A DNA stretch of 64,000 bases from Candidatus Latescibacterota bacterium (GCA_965208835.1 OZ242358.1:2144001-2208000); one strand, 5' to 3'. Shown: positions 19,725-31,846, numbered from the stretch's first letter. The notes: generated from the letters alone by a model not told the origin. Program-made: numbers and translations.

Positions 19725-20783
19725 TCAGTCTGCAAGATCCTCGTGCCGCGAGCGTTTGAGGAGTTCCGCTTCCGCCGTACGCCTGTCCGCGTCGTTCCTG
19801 AGTGGCGTTATGGTGACCCCTGGCGCCGGCCTGGGTGAAAGGATTCGGCTGGCACCGGCGCGCTGCAGTTCCCGGATGACCGGTTCCGGGTCCGGCGCCA
19901 GCGCAATGATGGTGCCGCCTGCTCCTGCGCCGGCCAGCTTGGCACCCAGGGCCCCGGCATTCAACGCCGCTTGAATGAGACGTTCGTTCTCCGGGCCGGA
20001 GCCGCCAAGATCCCGCTGTATTTCGTGATTCTCCACCATCAGTTCGCCCAGGGTTCGCCAGTCTGCTTCCAGAAGGGCTCGTTTTCCCATTCGCGCCACG
20101 TGGGCAATGCGCAAATAGCTGCGGACGACTTCCCGGTCGCCTTCAAGCCAGCGCTCCCGGATCGGCTGGTGTACGCGTGCGGAGTTGCGTTTTATCCCCG
20201 TGTGGGCGAGGACGAAAGGATATTCGTCGACGAATGGCGCGAGTGGCTCGACGGTGGCGTAGGGTTCGTCGGCCAGCGCCCGGTAGAACTGCTTTTCCCG
20301 AAAATCCAGAAAGTTCAGCCCTCCGATCGTACACATGTACGCGTCCTGGTAGCCGCACAATACAAGGTAGTGCAACTCGATGTGGCGTGCCATTTCCGCG
20401 CGGTAGTATATATGGACCGACCGTCCCATGTAGGCCAGAACGGCATTGAGAATGGTTACGATCAGGGCCGAGGAACTTGACAGTCCCGCCCGGAAGGGGA
20501 CGTCGCACGCCCATCGCAGAGAAAACAGCGCGTTCTTCAGCTTGAGGTAGTCAACGACGGCCATCGCAACGTCGAAATATCCGCCATCGGGCTTAAGTTC
20601 GTCGGCGGGCAGGATCACACGGCGGTGGCCCGCGACCTCGAAGCTCAGAACGTCGGCGGGTTCGATGAGTACGACGGCGCGTTCCCGCGTGGAACAGGAG
20701 ATGACACTGCCACCATACATGTCGGTTGGATTGCCGATAATGCCCGCTCTGCCGGGCGCCGTACACATGTATGCCTCCGGCAT
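19725..20783 (-). CDS. GHMP-family sugar kinase (glucuronokinase-like N-terminal motif)
   Basis: PGRAGIIGNPTDMYGG, PFRAGLSSSSA ATP loop, CGYQD, GAKLAGAGAGG; start 2 nt after the upstream stop. Confidence 0.85.
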   Translation of the reverse strand: MPEAYMCTAPGRAGIIGNPTDMYGGSVISCSTRERAVVLIEPADVLSFEVAGHRRVILPADELKPDGGYFDVAMAVVDYLKLKNALFSLRWACDVPFRAGLSSSSALIVTILNAVLAYMGRSVHIYYRAEMARHIELHYLVLCGYQDAYMCTIGGLNFLDFREKQFYRALADEPYATVEPLAPFVDEYPFVLAHTGIKRNSARVHQPIRERWLEGDREVVRSYLRIAHVARMGKRALLEADWRTLGELMVENHEIQRDLGGSGPENERLIQAALNAGALGAKLAGAGAGGTIIALAPDPEPVIRELQRAGASRILSPRPAPGVTITPLRNDADRRTAEAELLKRSRHEDLAD

Positions 20784-20785
20784 GC

Positions 20786-21691
20786 TCAGAATTCCCTCAG
20801 CAATTTCTGAACATGCTGGCGGATGATATAGCCATGGCGCTGGTCCGAAATGGCGAAGTCGATGAACGCCTTGTAGTAGGATACCGGGTCGCCAATGCCG
20901 TAACGAAGCTCCTCTTTTTTCAGGCGGACACACCGTACCTTTCGGCCCATCTTGATCAGCGTGGCTATCGCGTCCGTCAACTCCAGTTTTCCACTTGGGC
21001 CTGGCAGGGTGTGCCGGATTGCGTCGAAGATCTCGGGATGAAACACATATCGGGCAGCGACTGCAAGGCGACTGGGCGCGTCGGCCGGGGACGGCTTTTC
21101 CACAATGCTCTCGATCTCGAAGTCCGTCCCGGCCCTGCCCCTGGGCTTGACGATGCCGTAATTGGGCACATCCGAAGGTTCCACCTCCACAACAGCGATG
21201 GTACACCGGGAATCGTGCTGGAAGTGGGACCTGATCATCCTCCGGATCAGGCCCGCGTGGCTGCCGGACTTGACAATGGTATCTCCGAGCGCCACCACGA
21301 ACGGGTCGTTTCCCGCAAAGTCCTCGGCTCCGCCGATGGCGTCACCTATTCCGGGAGGCGTGTGCCGCCCCGGAGGGATGAGCTGACGCGTGAAGAAAAA
21401 CCTCGCTGACTCACGTCCATAATCCACCGCGTCCAGCAGTTCCCGGTTTTCGCTTTCCGAAAGACGATTCAACAGTTCCGGGTCCCGATCGAAGTGGTCT
21501 TCGACAGGGCGTTTGTCGCGCCCCGTAATGAACAGGAATCGCGTAAGGCCCTGATCGACCATCTCTTCAACGACATATTGGACCACGGGTTTACACGCAA
21601 CCGGAAGCATCTCCTTGGGTTGCGACTTGGTGGCCGGAAGGAGCCCGGTGCCCATACCGGCCAGCGGGATCACGACCTTTTCAATTTCCAT
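20786..21691 (-). CDS. galU: GalU-like sugar-1-phosphate nucleotidyltransferase
   Basis: VIPLAGMGTGLLPATKSQPKEMLPV, EDHFD, PFVVALGD, IVEKP and LELTDAI motifs. Confidence 0.82.
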   Translation of the reverse strand: MEIEKVVIPLAGMGTGLLPATKSQPKEMLPVACKPVVQYVVEEMVDQGLTRFLFITGRDKRPVEDHFDRDPELLNRLSESENRELLDAVDYGRESARFFFTRQLIPPGRHTPPGIGDAIGGAEDFAGNDPFVVALGDTIVKSGSHAGLIRRMIRSHFQHDSRCTIAVVEVEPSDVPNYGIVKPRGRAGTDFEIESIVEKPSPADAPSRLAVAARYVFHPEIFDAIRHTLPGPSGKLELTDAIATLIKMGRKVRCVRLKKEELRYGIGDPVSYYKAFIDFAISDQRHGYIIRQHVQKLLREF

Positions 21692-21704
21692 AAGTCGGAA
21701 CTCC

Positions 21705-21727
21705 CTGGGAATTTAAAACAGCTTTCT
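21705..21727. repeat. Solo terminal remnant of MITE family B
   Basis: CTGGGAATTTAAAACAGCTTTCT closely matches the end of the copy at 24140-24162. Confidence 0.5.
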
Positions 21728-21863
21728 GGTGGAACACAAAAATCAGGGCGTGCCTGCTGCGGCACACCCTGTATTCGATGTGACGGTCATGGATCGTACC
21801 GCGGCCGTTTATTCCGCCCACACCGGCGCGTCAGCGAGTTCGAGTCCGTTCGGCTGGCGTTAA

Positions 21864-22023
21864 CAGCCCGTTGAAAAAGCCCATCCGGTCTGCGGCCGGC
21901 CCTTGCGGTCGAAATACTGCGTTGCGCTCCCTCGCCTAATCGCTGGATGGGACTCTGTCGCGCGCCTTGTCTTCGGCCACAATGGCTCGGCCTCGCCTGC
22001 AGAGCGACTTTATCAACGGACTG
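21864..22023. mobile_element. MITE-like repeat family A, copy 1 (160 bp)
   Basis: TIRs CAGCCCGTTGAAAAA / TTTATCAACGGACTG; flanks TTAA / TTAT; close match to the copies at 48428 and 49892. Confidence 0.85.
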
Positions 22024-22123
22024 TTATCGGACGAGGCAACCGGTGGGGGTCCCGGCCCGGCAGGGCTTGGTAATACAATGCGTAGTGCCCGACCAGGTGT
22101 TCCTTTGACTCCGGGCACCTTGC

Positions 22124-22459
22124 TTACAATACGGCCTCGAGTTTTTCAACCAGCTGTTTCTTCGGTACCGCGCCGACAACCTGGTCGGCCAATTCGCCGT
22201 TTTTGAATATGAGAAGCGTCGGGATACTGCGGATACCGAAGTCGGCGGCGATTTTCTGCTCTGAGTCCACGTCGACTTTGCCAACCTTGATCCGGCCCTC
22301 GTATTCGACGGCGAGTTCGTCGACAATAGGCGCAACCATGCGGCAGGGCCCGCACCACACGGCCCAGAAGTCCACGAGCACCGGAAGGGAGGAATCGACC
22401 ACTTCAGTCTTAAAGCTATCGTCGGTTATGGTTATAGGATTTCCCACCGTGCCCACCAC
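22124..22459 (-). CDS. trxA: Thioredoxin
   Basis: [16 protein letters not shown] and IRSIPTL; GTG start at 22459 or 22447. Confidence 0.96.
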   Translation of the reverse strand: MVGTVGNPITITDDSFKTEVVDSSLPVLVDFWAVWCGPCRMVAPIVDELAVEYEGRIKVGKVDVDSEQKIAADFGIRSIPTLLIFKNGELADQVVGAVPKKQLVEKLEAVL

Positions 22460-22572
22460 CTTTCGTTAATTGGTTCAATTTACCACTAGAATCTTTGCAT
22501 TGAAACGTCGGCCGTCTCATCGACGTTCCTCCAAAACGACCCGGCGGATCCGGACCTCTACACGAATTGTCA

Positions 22573-22601
22573 AATCTACCAAGTTTTCGGGATCGTGTCA
22601 A
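22573..22601 (-). promoter_or_regulatory. trxA promoter
   Basis: TTGACA-17 bp-TAGATT on the minus strand. Confidence 0.6.
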
Positions 22602-22650
22602 GAATCAGAAGAACGGGGAAGCCCGCTTGAAGGCTTGCCCCGGTACGGAA

Positions 22651-23721
22651 TCAGCCGGACGGACCGGAACACATGCGGCAGATGAGTTGTGTGAGCGTGG
22701 CGGCTGGGGCGCGAGACCGGGACTTCAGGCGATTGTCCGCGTTCAGGAGCGCTTCGTAAGCGTGCCAGAGGTTTTTTTCGTCGAAACGGGCCGCCTGGTC
22801 GAGGTATCTGGAGACAAAGAATGGAGGAACCTTCAGTTTTCCTGCCAGTTCGGACCGTGGCAGATCCTGATTTCTGAGCCACCGGGCCTTGCGGAGAATA
22901 CCGATGTGCCGGACGAGCATCGCGACGATTGCCACCGGACTGTCGCCGCGGTCCAGAAGGTGATGCAGCACGGTCAGTGCATCACCGGTTTTCCGTTTCC
23001 CCACTGCATCGGCGAGTTCAAACACCGTCGCTTTTCGCGAAGCGCCGGCCACCTGGGCGACGTCTTCTTGCGTAATGGTATCGCGTCCATTCGTATAAAT
23101 GGCCAGTTTTTGGAGTTCACTGACCAGTTCGCCCGGATTCGGCCCCACGCCAAGGTGTAGCACGTGCGCGGCTTCGGGTTCGATCGTCTTATTCATTGCA
23201 GCCGCCCGTCTGCGAATCCACTGTGGGAGCTCATTTTCGAAAGGTGGCTTGAATTCCACCGAAACGGCGTTCTTTCGCAATGCGACGGACAGCTTCTTGC
23301 GGCCGTCCAGTTTGTCCGCGGTGAATACAAGAACGGTGGTCTCAACGGGATTTTCGATAAGGGGCAGGAGCGTTCGCGCTTCGGTGTCACGCAAGCGTTC
23401 CAGGCGCTTGATCACGACAACCCGCCGCGCCGCCATCATCGGAAAGGCGGTTGCCCGGCCGACTGCGTCGGCCGCGTCCATATCCTCGCCGTGGAAGATA
23501 TCCAGGTTGAACGCACCTGACGCGGGATCGACGGCGGCGTCCACAAGGGCTTTCAGGCTTTCTTCCTTACTGACGTTCTCAGACCCGTGCAGCAGATACA
23601 GCGGCGCGAATTCGCCACTTTTGATCTGTGCGGTCAGTCTGTCGTGCGCGTTGGCGGATCTGGGTCTGGATCTGGCCAAGGTCGAGGTCAACCTCAAAGA
23701 TGCGGACGCGCCATACGGCAT
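22651..23721 (-). CDS. holA: DNA polymerase III delta subunit
   Basis: PLYLLHG.E, FNLDIF, FPMMAARRVVV, KLDGRKK, ELQKL and VFELADA; exact start uncertain. Confidence 0.9.
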   Translation of the reverse strand: MPYGASASLRLTSTLARSRPRSANAHDRLTAQIKSGEFAPLYLLHGSENVSKEESLKALVDAAVDPASGAFNLDIFHGEDMDAADAVGRATAFPMMAARRVVVIKRLERLRDTEARTLLPLIENPVETTVLVFTADKLDGRKKLSVALRKNAVSVEFKPPFENELPQWIRRRAAAMNKTIEPEAAHVLHLGVGPNPGELVSELQKLAIYTNGRDTITQEDVAQVAGASRKATVFELADAVGKRKTGDALTVLHHLLDRGDSPVAIVAMLVRHIGILRKARWLRNQDLPRSELAGKLKVPPFFVSRYLDQAARFDEKNLWHAYEALLNADNRLKSRSRAPAATLTQLICRMCSGPSG

Positions 23722-23767
23722 GTCCGGCGCATTTGCTTGCGGGCATTAAACCGGCGGTGTGAGAGCA

Positions 23768-23959
23768 TCAACTATCGAGGTCGCGGAATTCGGCATCCGT
23801 GACCCGATCCTTATTGATTCGCCAGGATGCCTTCTTGCCGTTGGTGCGGGAACCGTCTCTAGACGTAAAGGCCCATCGAAGTGAAGAGCGCAGAACGTCT
23901 CGAAACACGCGGTATACCAGACCCAGAAACAGGACGAAAAGGAAGATACGCAGCAACAT
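23768..23959 (-). CDS. Small membrane-anchored hypothetical protein (63 aa)
   Basis: GGGAG RBS, N-terminal TM helix, C-terminal VTDAEFRDL motif. Confidence 0.65.
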   Translation of the reverse strand: MLLRIFLFVLFLGLVYRVFRDVLRSSLRWAFTSRDGSRTNGKKASWRINKDRVTDAEFRDLDS

Positions 23960-23975
23960 GGCTAACTCCCGCTTG

Positions 23976-24161
23976 GAGGTTGTCTTAAAATTACCGGTGA
24001 GTTCCCGAGCGCGAGCGAAAAAGTGACGGGCAAGGCGGGAAAATTCGCCTATGAGAGGCGAGCAAGCGCAGCCTCGATCTCGTAAGACGGGCGGGTTTGA
24101 GCAACGCCGCCCGGCGCTTTTGCAGCCGCGCGAAGACCGCTGGGAATTTTAAAACAGCTTC
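23976..24161. mobile_element. MITE-like repeat family B, full copy (inverted relative to the 52362 copy)
   Basis: 186 bp with 17-bp TIRs; reverse-complement match to 52362-52547; terminal base is part of the purM stop codon. Confidence 0.85.
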
Positions 24162-25204
24162 TAAAGGATTTGGACGCCGGAAGCGGTGTCGGTGACGACT
24201 TCACCGATAATGTAGCCTTCATCACCATTTCGATTCAGCTGCTCGATCGCTTGTTCAGCCTGACTCGACGGTACGACGAGTACCATGCCCATGCCCATAT
24301 TGAACACGCGAAACATCTCGTCGACGTGGATGTTGTCTCCCACCCTCTGCAGGAGGCTGAACACAGGCGGTTCGGGCCAGGTACCCCTGAGAATACGTGC
24401 GCCAAGCCCGTCCGGAAGGGTGCGTGGCAGGTTATCCACGATGCCTCCTCCGGTGATGTGGGCCATCCCCCTTAAGGTCACGGCTTCCATGAGACCGAAC
24501 ACGGACGAAACGTAACTCCGGTGGGGAGCCAGCAGGATCTCGCCGATCGTGCCGCCGAGTTCGTCCAGCTGTGTGCCGACGCCCCATCCCGCGGTTTCGA
24601 ACAGGAGTCTGCGCGCCAGTGAATAACCGTTGGTGTGGAGTCCGGACGACGGCAGTGCGATGAGTTTGTCCCCCGGCTGCACCCGGGAGCCGTCCAGAAT
24701 GTCTTCCCGGTTGACAATGCCCACGATCGTACCCGCCAGGTCATATTCCCCCTCCGCGTAGAAGTCGGGCATTTCCGCCATTTCGCCGCCCAGCAGAGCG
24801 CATCCGCAGGCTTTACAACCGTTTGCGATTCCCTCAACGACGGCCTCGGCCACGGCGGAATCGTGTTTCCCCATGGCGAGGTAGTCCAGGAAGAAGAGCG
24901 GGCGCGCGCCCTGCACAAGGATGTCATTGGCGCAATGGGCGACAAGGTCGGCTCCGACCGTATTGTGGATACCGGTCAGAAACGCGATTTTCAGCTTGGT
25001 GCCCACACCATCCGTACCCGCTACCAGGACAGGGTCCCGGTAAGCGTCCCATCGGGGTGCAAAGAGGCCGCCGAAACCGCCGATGTCGGCAAGTACTTCC
25101 GGGCCGAACGTCGATCGTACCAATGCGGCGATACCCCGCTTGGTGCGACCGGCACCCTCAATATTCACGCCGGCGGCCGCGTATGCGTCTGACTTTCCCG
25201 GCAT
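24161..25204 (-). CDS. purM: Phosphoribosylformylglycinamidine cyclo-ligase (AIR synthase)
   Basis: YAAAGVNI, IGGFGGLF, TDGVGTK, PLFFLDY, SSGLHTNGYSL, HITGGG and FNMGMGM motifs. Confidence 0.97.
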   Translation of the reverse strand: MPGKSDAYAAAGVNIEGAGRTKRGIAALVRSTFGPEVLADIGGFGGLFAPRWDAYRDPVLVAGTDGVGTKLKIAFLTGIHNTVGADLVAHCANDILVQGARPLFFLDYLAMGKHDSAVAEAVVEGIANGCKACGCALLGGEMAEMPDFYAEGEYDLAGTIVGIVNREDILDGSRVQPGDKLIALPSSGLHTNGYSLARRLLFETAGWGVGTQLDELGGTIGEILLAPHRSYVSSVFGLMEAVTLRGMAHITGGGIVDNLPRTLPDGLGARILRGTWPEPPVFSLLQRVGDNIHVDEMFRVFNMGMGMVLVVPSSQAEQAIEQLNRNGDEGYIIGEVVTDTASGVQIL

Positions 25205-25279
25205 CGGTTTTCCTTCGGCGGGTCGTTTGTGATTTAACAGGGAATGGGAATGTGGCTTTCCGTCACGGCTGAGGTATTC

Positions 25280-26281
25280 CTAACCGACTCCGCCGCCGCG
25301 ACCTGATTCGCGGAAAACAGTCGGAGGCGCGCCATTTCCGGAGCGCGACGGGCCCGCGTCCGAATGAACCTGTTGCATTCCCTCGGGTGTACTGCATCCG
25401 GTACCGGAGGCAGCCACGATCTGTTCCGCGACACGAACGGCTTGAACCGCGGCGCCCACGTCGTGTACACGCACGACGTGGGCGCCCGCGGCCGCGGAGA
25501 AACCCACGGCGGCCAGAGTGCCGTGCAGCCGTGCCTCTGGCGGAAGATCCAGTGCAGCGCCGGTGAATTTTTTGCGCGAAGGCCCGATCATCAGAGGGCA
25601 GCCGAGGTCATGGAATTCTTCAAGCCGGGCAAGAATCTCAAAATTGTGGGCATTTTGTTTACCAAATCCCAGGCCGGGGTCGATCAGAATCCGGCCGGGA
25701 TGGATGCCCGCTTCGATGGCCGCGGTCTTGCGCTCGTCGAGAAAATCGAGGATTTCGCGGATCAGGTTGTCATACGCCGGCTTGATCTGCATGGTCAGGG
25801 GCGTACCCTTCATGTGCATGAGAACAACCGCGGCCTCCGATTGCGCGATCGTTGCGCCCATGAGAGGATCGAAACGCATGGCGCTGATGTCGTTTACGAT
25901 AGATGCGCCCAACCGCAAAGCGCTTTGCGCGACAGACGCTTTGGTCGTGTCAATGGAGATGATCAGATTGGTTCTGGCTGCGATCTCTTCGATGACAGGT
26001 GCAGTACGGCGAATTTCCTCATCCGCAGAGACGGTTTGGGCGCCGGCCCCGTACGTTCCCGCCGGACGTGTGGACTCGCCGCCCACGTCGATGATGTCCG
26101 CGCCTTCTTCGGCCATCAGAAGCGCGCGTTCAATGGCATGCGGCGGCTTGAAATAACGTCCACCGTCGGCAAACGAATCGGGCGTCACGTTGAGAATCCC
26201 CATGATGAGGGTCCGTGAGCCCAGATTGAGGATGTTTCCCCGACAGTCGAGCCGACGGCCGGGGGATCTTACGTATTGCAT
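25280..26281 (-). CDS. folP: Dihydropteroate synthase
   Basis: MGILNVTPDSF, DVGGESTRP, DPGLGFGK, SRK and RVHDV motifs; extra C-terminal tail of about 40 aa. Confidence 0.95.
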   Translation of the reverse strand: MQYVRSPGRRLDCRGNILNLGSRTLIMGILNVTPDSFADGGRYFKPPHAIERALLMAEEGADIIDVGGESTRPAGTYGAGAQTVSADEEIRRTAPVIEEIAARTNLIISIDTTKASVAQSALRLGASIVNDISAMRFDPLMGATIAQSEAAVVLMHMKGTPLTMQIKPAYDNLIREILDFLDERKTAAIEAGIHPGRILIDPGLGFGKQNAHNFEILARLEEFHDLGCPLMIGPSRKKFTGAALDLPPEARLHGTLAAVGFSAAAGAHVVRVHDVGAAVQAVRVAEQIVAASGTGCSTPEGMQQVHSDAGPSRSGNGAPPTVFRESGRGGGVG

Positions 26282-26358
26282 GTTGACACCGGAAATACAA
26301 AAGGATGGCAAAATGACACAGCGTTTTACCATCCCTCAATGAAACCCGAGTACCGCGT

Positions 26359-28506
<2,148 letters not shown>

Positions 28507-28529
28507 AACTACCGCCTTGACGATATTGC

Positions 28530-29954
28530 TTAAGAGGAGGCGATTACCCCTCCGCAGCCACCCTTGAGAGTGACCTCCAGCACCGTTTTTGACCGTTGGG
28601 TAACGGCCGTGGACTGCGCCGTACGTAAGCCGGCCACCCAGAGGATGACCTTCCCGTCCAGCAGCAGCGGGATTTCATCACGCAGCGGTCTGGGAATCTT
28701 GAGGTTGATAAACAGGTCGCTGACTTTTTGTGATCCACTCAGGCCGAGCGGCACGAGACGATCCGCACGGCGCCGGTTTCTGAGCGTCAGCCGACCGAAA
28801 ATCGCATCCCGATCGAAACAGGCGCGAAAAGGATTGGATGACAGATCGTCCTCTTGCACCTCGCTGGCCGGCCTGATCTTCGTCTCGACAAATGCGCCGA
28901 TTTCCGGGATTCCAGTGACACCGGGAACGGCCACTTCGGTCTCGAACGGTGGCGTCGGCCGACTCAGGATCAGCCACGGACTGGAATGATGAACGAAGAC
29001 ATCGGAACACACCTGAGCCGAGCCTGCAGGCGTCAGACGCAGACCTTCAATGCGGCTCACACTCTGTTCATCAAGGTCCCGTGCGCTGCCTCGAAGCCGA
29101 AAAAATGCCGTTTTGAATATCCGGCGCCGAAGTGCTATATGATAACCGAAAACGGCGGTTTCATCAAGAATTATTTTTCGTTTGCCCTCGTAATGCAGGG
29201 CCTCCTTATATGCCGATTCCGCCTGCAGGGCGAGCAGCTGATCTTCATCCCGGATGATCGCCGCGGACCTTGCAAGGGACGCCTCGATCGACGGGTTGTA
29301 TTCCGAGGCGATCTCCGGGAGAAGAAGATGCCGGATCCGGTTCCGGAGAAAGCGGGATTCAGAGTTGGATTCGTCATGACGCACGTTAAGGTTCCGGTGT
29401 TCGACATATGCCTGTATCTGTCTTCGGGAGACCGCCAGGAGCGGGCGGATCCAGATCCCGTCGCGGATCGGCCTGATCCCGCTGAGCCCGGTCGGACCGG
29501 CGCCACGAATCAGGCGCATCAATACGGTTTCAGCCTGATCGCTGCGGGTATGCCCCAATGCGATGCGGGAGGCGCCGGTATCTCGCATTACCTCATTGAG
29601 AAACTCCAGGCGTGCATCACGCGCCGCCGCTTCCGGAGAGCCTGCCGTGGATACGGTCGTGCTGTCAGAGAAACACGGCAGGTCCAAGGTCGCGGCGAGG
29701 TCCATCACGAATTGCTGGTCTTCATCGGATGCGGGACCTCGCAGACGATGGTTGAGATGGGCGACATAAAGCGCGATATCGACAGCTTCACGCAGCCTGA
29801 CCAGCAGATCCAGGAGCGATACCGAATCCGGCCCTCCGGAAACACCTATCACAATCCCGTCACCTGGCTCGATCATGTCGTGCCGGTCGATGTACGATTG
29901 AACCGCTGAAAGCAGGTCGGGTGTACTGGAATTGTTGCGAGGATTTGGTTTCAT
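28530..29954 (-). CDS. tilS: tRNA(Ile)-lysidine synthetase
   Basis: SGGPDS PP-loop, [27 protein letters not shown] and C-terminal TilS_C domain. Confidence 0.96.
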   Translation of the reverse strand: MKPNPRNNSSTPDLLSAVQSYIDRHDMIEPGDGIVIGVSGGPDSVSLLDLLVRLREAVDIALYVAHLNHRLRGPASDEDQQFVMDLAATLDLPCFSDSTTVSTAGSPEAAARDARLEFLNEVMRDTGASRIALGHTRSDQAETVLMRLIRGAGPTGLSGIRPIRDGIWIRPLLAVSRRQIQAYVEHRNLNVRHDESNSESRFLRNRIRHLLLPEIASEYNPSIEASLARSAAIIRDEDQLLALQAESAYKEALHYEGKRKIILDETAVFGYHIALRRRIFKTAFFRLRGSARDLDEQSVSRIEGLRLTPAGSAQVCSDVFVHHSSPWLILSRPTPPFETEVAVPGVTGIPEIGAFVETKIRPASEVQEDDLSSNPFRACFDRDAIFGRLTLRNRRRADRLVPLGLSGSQKVSDLFINLKIPRPLRDEIPLLLDGKVILWVAGLRTAQSTAVTQRSKTVLEVTLKGGCGGVIASS

Positions 29955-30491
29955 GGGGTATAATCCGCGTTATCAGAGACCCAATGGAATGTCCTTTTTA
30001 ACCTTAATTCCGCAAAAACCGCAACGCGGCACCGCGACGAAACTTCCCGAAACGGGCCGAAATGGCTTTCAGGAAGGACGTTTTTTCTGTTCGCGTCCAG
30101 TGACCTGGTGTATCCTGGTAATCCGCAGTCTAATCGCCTTTATTAACTAGCACATATTCGAATTAACGTCCCCGAAAAATGACGAATCAAGGTTAAAACT
30201 GACTCTAGCGCGGCTGGTAGCGACCGCTATAGGTCTACGGACAAAGATTACCAGTCTGTCGGCGTTTCCACAACTGCATTCAATATGATTAACGCCCAGC
30301 GATTTACACCACTGCATGGGTTGAGAATCTGACGTCGGCAAATGTCCGAAGCCAGGGTTGACTCTTAGACGCATGAGAACTCGGCTCGGTTTCTGAAAAC
30401 CGGCTTCGTCGGGTCGAATTAAAAGTCTGATTATCAATTATATAGCCCAACTGAACAGAAAATGATCCATGCACGCGTTCAGGCGGGAAAT

Positions 30492-30523
30492 GAAAAGACA
30501 CGCCTGAATCAGCGTGTCTTTTC
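30492..30523 (-). terminator. Terminator of the redox operon
   Basis: 12-bp stem GAAAAGACACGC / GCGTGTCTTTTC, 24 nt past the stop at 30548, with a U-rich tail on the minus strand. Confidence 0.65.
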
Positions 30524-30547
30524 TGCGCCCATTTACTCTGCGCGAAA

Positions 30548-31846
30548 TCAGGGTACGCTTTTGCCGAAGTTTCTTGCGAATTCCAGAAAGTCCGCGAAGT
30601 CGACCAGTCCGCTCCCGTCCAGGTCGAAGGTCGGGTTGTCGGAGTTGAAGGCCTGGGCGAAGGCAATGAAGTCGACGAAATCGATTTTCCCGTCACCATC
30701 GAAGTCGGCACGGGCATTGACGGAGACAACGATCGCCGTTCCGGAAATCGCGACCGTGACATTTTTGTTTTCCGGATCATCGCTGGAAATGGTAATGGTG
30801 CCGGAGAAAGGTCCCCCCACCGCGGGCGTGAAGGTGATATCGACGGTTGCACTGTCACCCGGCGCGACCGTAAGCTCCTCCAGGCTGAACGTGATGCCCT
30901 CGAGGTCGGACTCCAGGTTCGTGATGCTGAGGTCTTTCCCTCCTGTGTTTTTCACGACGAGGGTAAGGGTCCGGGACTCATTTACCGCAACGTGCCCGCC
31001 AAAGTCGAGTATTGTAACAGGTAAGTTGATTGTGGGCGGCTGCACGATGGCTGCGATTCCGGAAATCGAGACCGTGACATTTCCGTTTTCAGGGTCATCG
31101 CTTGAAATGGTAATCGTGCCGGAGAAAGGACCGCCCTCCGCGGGCGTGAAGGTGATATCGACGGTTGCGCTGTCACCCGGTGCGACCGTGAGCTCCGTCA
31201 GGCTGAACGTGACGCCCTCGAGGTCTGACGCCAGGTTCGTAATGCTGAGGTCTTCTCCACCGGTGTTCTTCACGACGAGGGTAACGGTCCTGGTTTCGCC
31301 GGCCGGAAGGTCCTCGCCGAAGTCGAGCGAGGTACTGGGAAGGTTGATCGCGGGAGGCGCGACGGCCAGCAACTCCCGGATTCTCGCCGCCGCGGCGCTG
31401 AGACCCGAAGCGCCGACCCCGATGTGACGGACGATCCCTTCCCGGTCCGCGACCAGCAAAGTGTGAGTACCCCGCGTCCTCTGAATCCCCCCAGCCTGCA
31501 ACAGCAGGGGAAATGTGATCGTTGTTGCGGCTCGAAAGCCTTCCAGTTGCGACTTGCTGCCATTATAAATATCAAGCCCCAGGACCGTTACGTCATCGTT
31601 CTGGAACGCCTTCCAGATCTGCTGCTCGATGGACGGACCCGCCGCCCGGCAGGTGGGTCAGTTGTGGCCCAGGTAATAGAGAACCAAAACTTCACCCTTG
31701 TAGTCGGCCGGACTGTGTTTGTTGCCGTTTAGATCTTCTAACGAGAAGGCGGGCACAGCGTCACCTTCTTTCTGGGCCTCCGCAGGCAACGGCAGGTTGA
31801 GTCCGACGAGCAGCAGGAACACAAGGCATGTGGCGATTCGACGCAT
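30548..31846 (-). CDS. Putative secreted selenoprotein: AhpC/TSA-redoxin domain (UxxC) + two Ig-like repeats + dockerin-like domain (432 aa with Sec readthrough)
   Basis: AAAGGAGG RBS, signal peptide, PAFSLEDLNG...VLVLYYLGHN, then TGA (31658-31660) followed in frame by PTCRAAGPSIEQQIW...TFPLL and continuing without another stop into the 317-aa ORF. Confidence 0.85.
30740..31357 (-). repeat. Tandem duplication of a 300-bp Ig-like (ASH/choice-of-anchor D-like) domain
   Basis: 31058-31357 and 30740-31039 encode 100-aa units differing at 18 positions (manual count). Confidence 0.9.

Noticed and set aside
25205-25279. Riboswitch upstream of purM (also checked upstream of nadA)
   Set aside because: No recognisable ZTP, PRPP or purine aptamer motifs by eye; an Rfam scan would be needed.
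28507-28529. Absence of hpt between tilS and ftsH
   Set aside because: Common gene-order variation; no remnant visible.
31658-31846. Treating the 62-aa and 317-aa ORFs as separate genes or a pseudogene
   Set aside because: A single in-frame TGA forms UxxC and the fold continues across it; the 317-aa ORF has no convincing start or signal peptide of its own.
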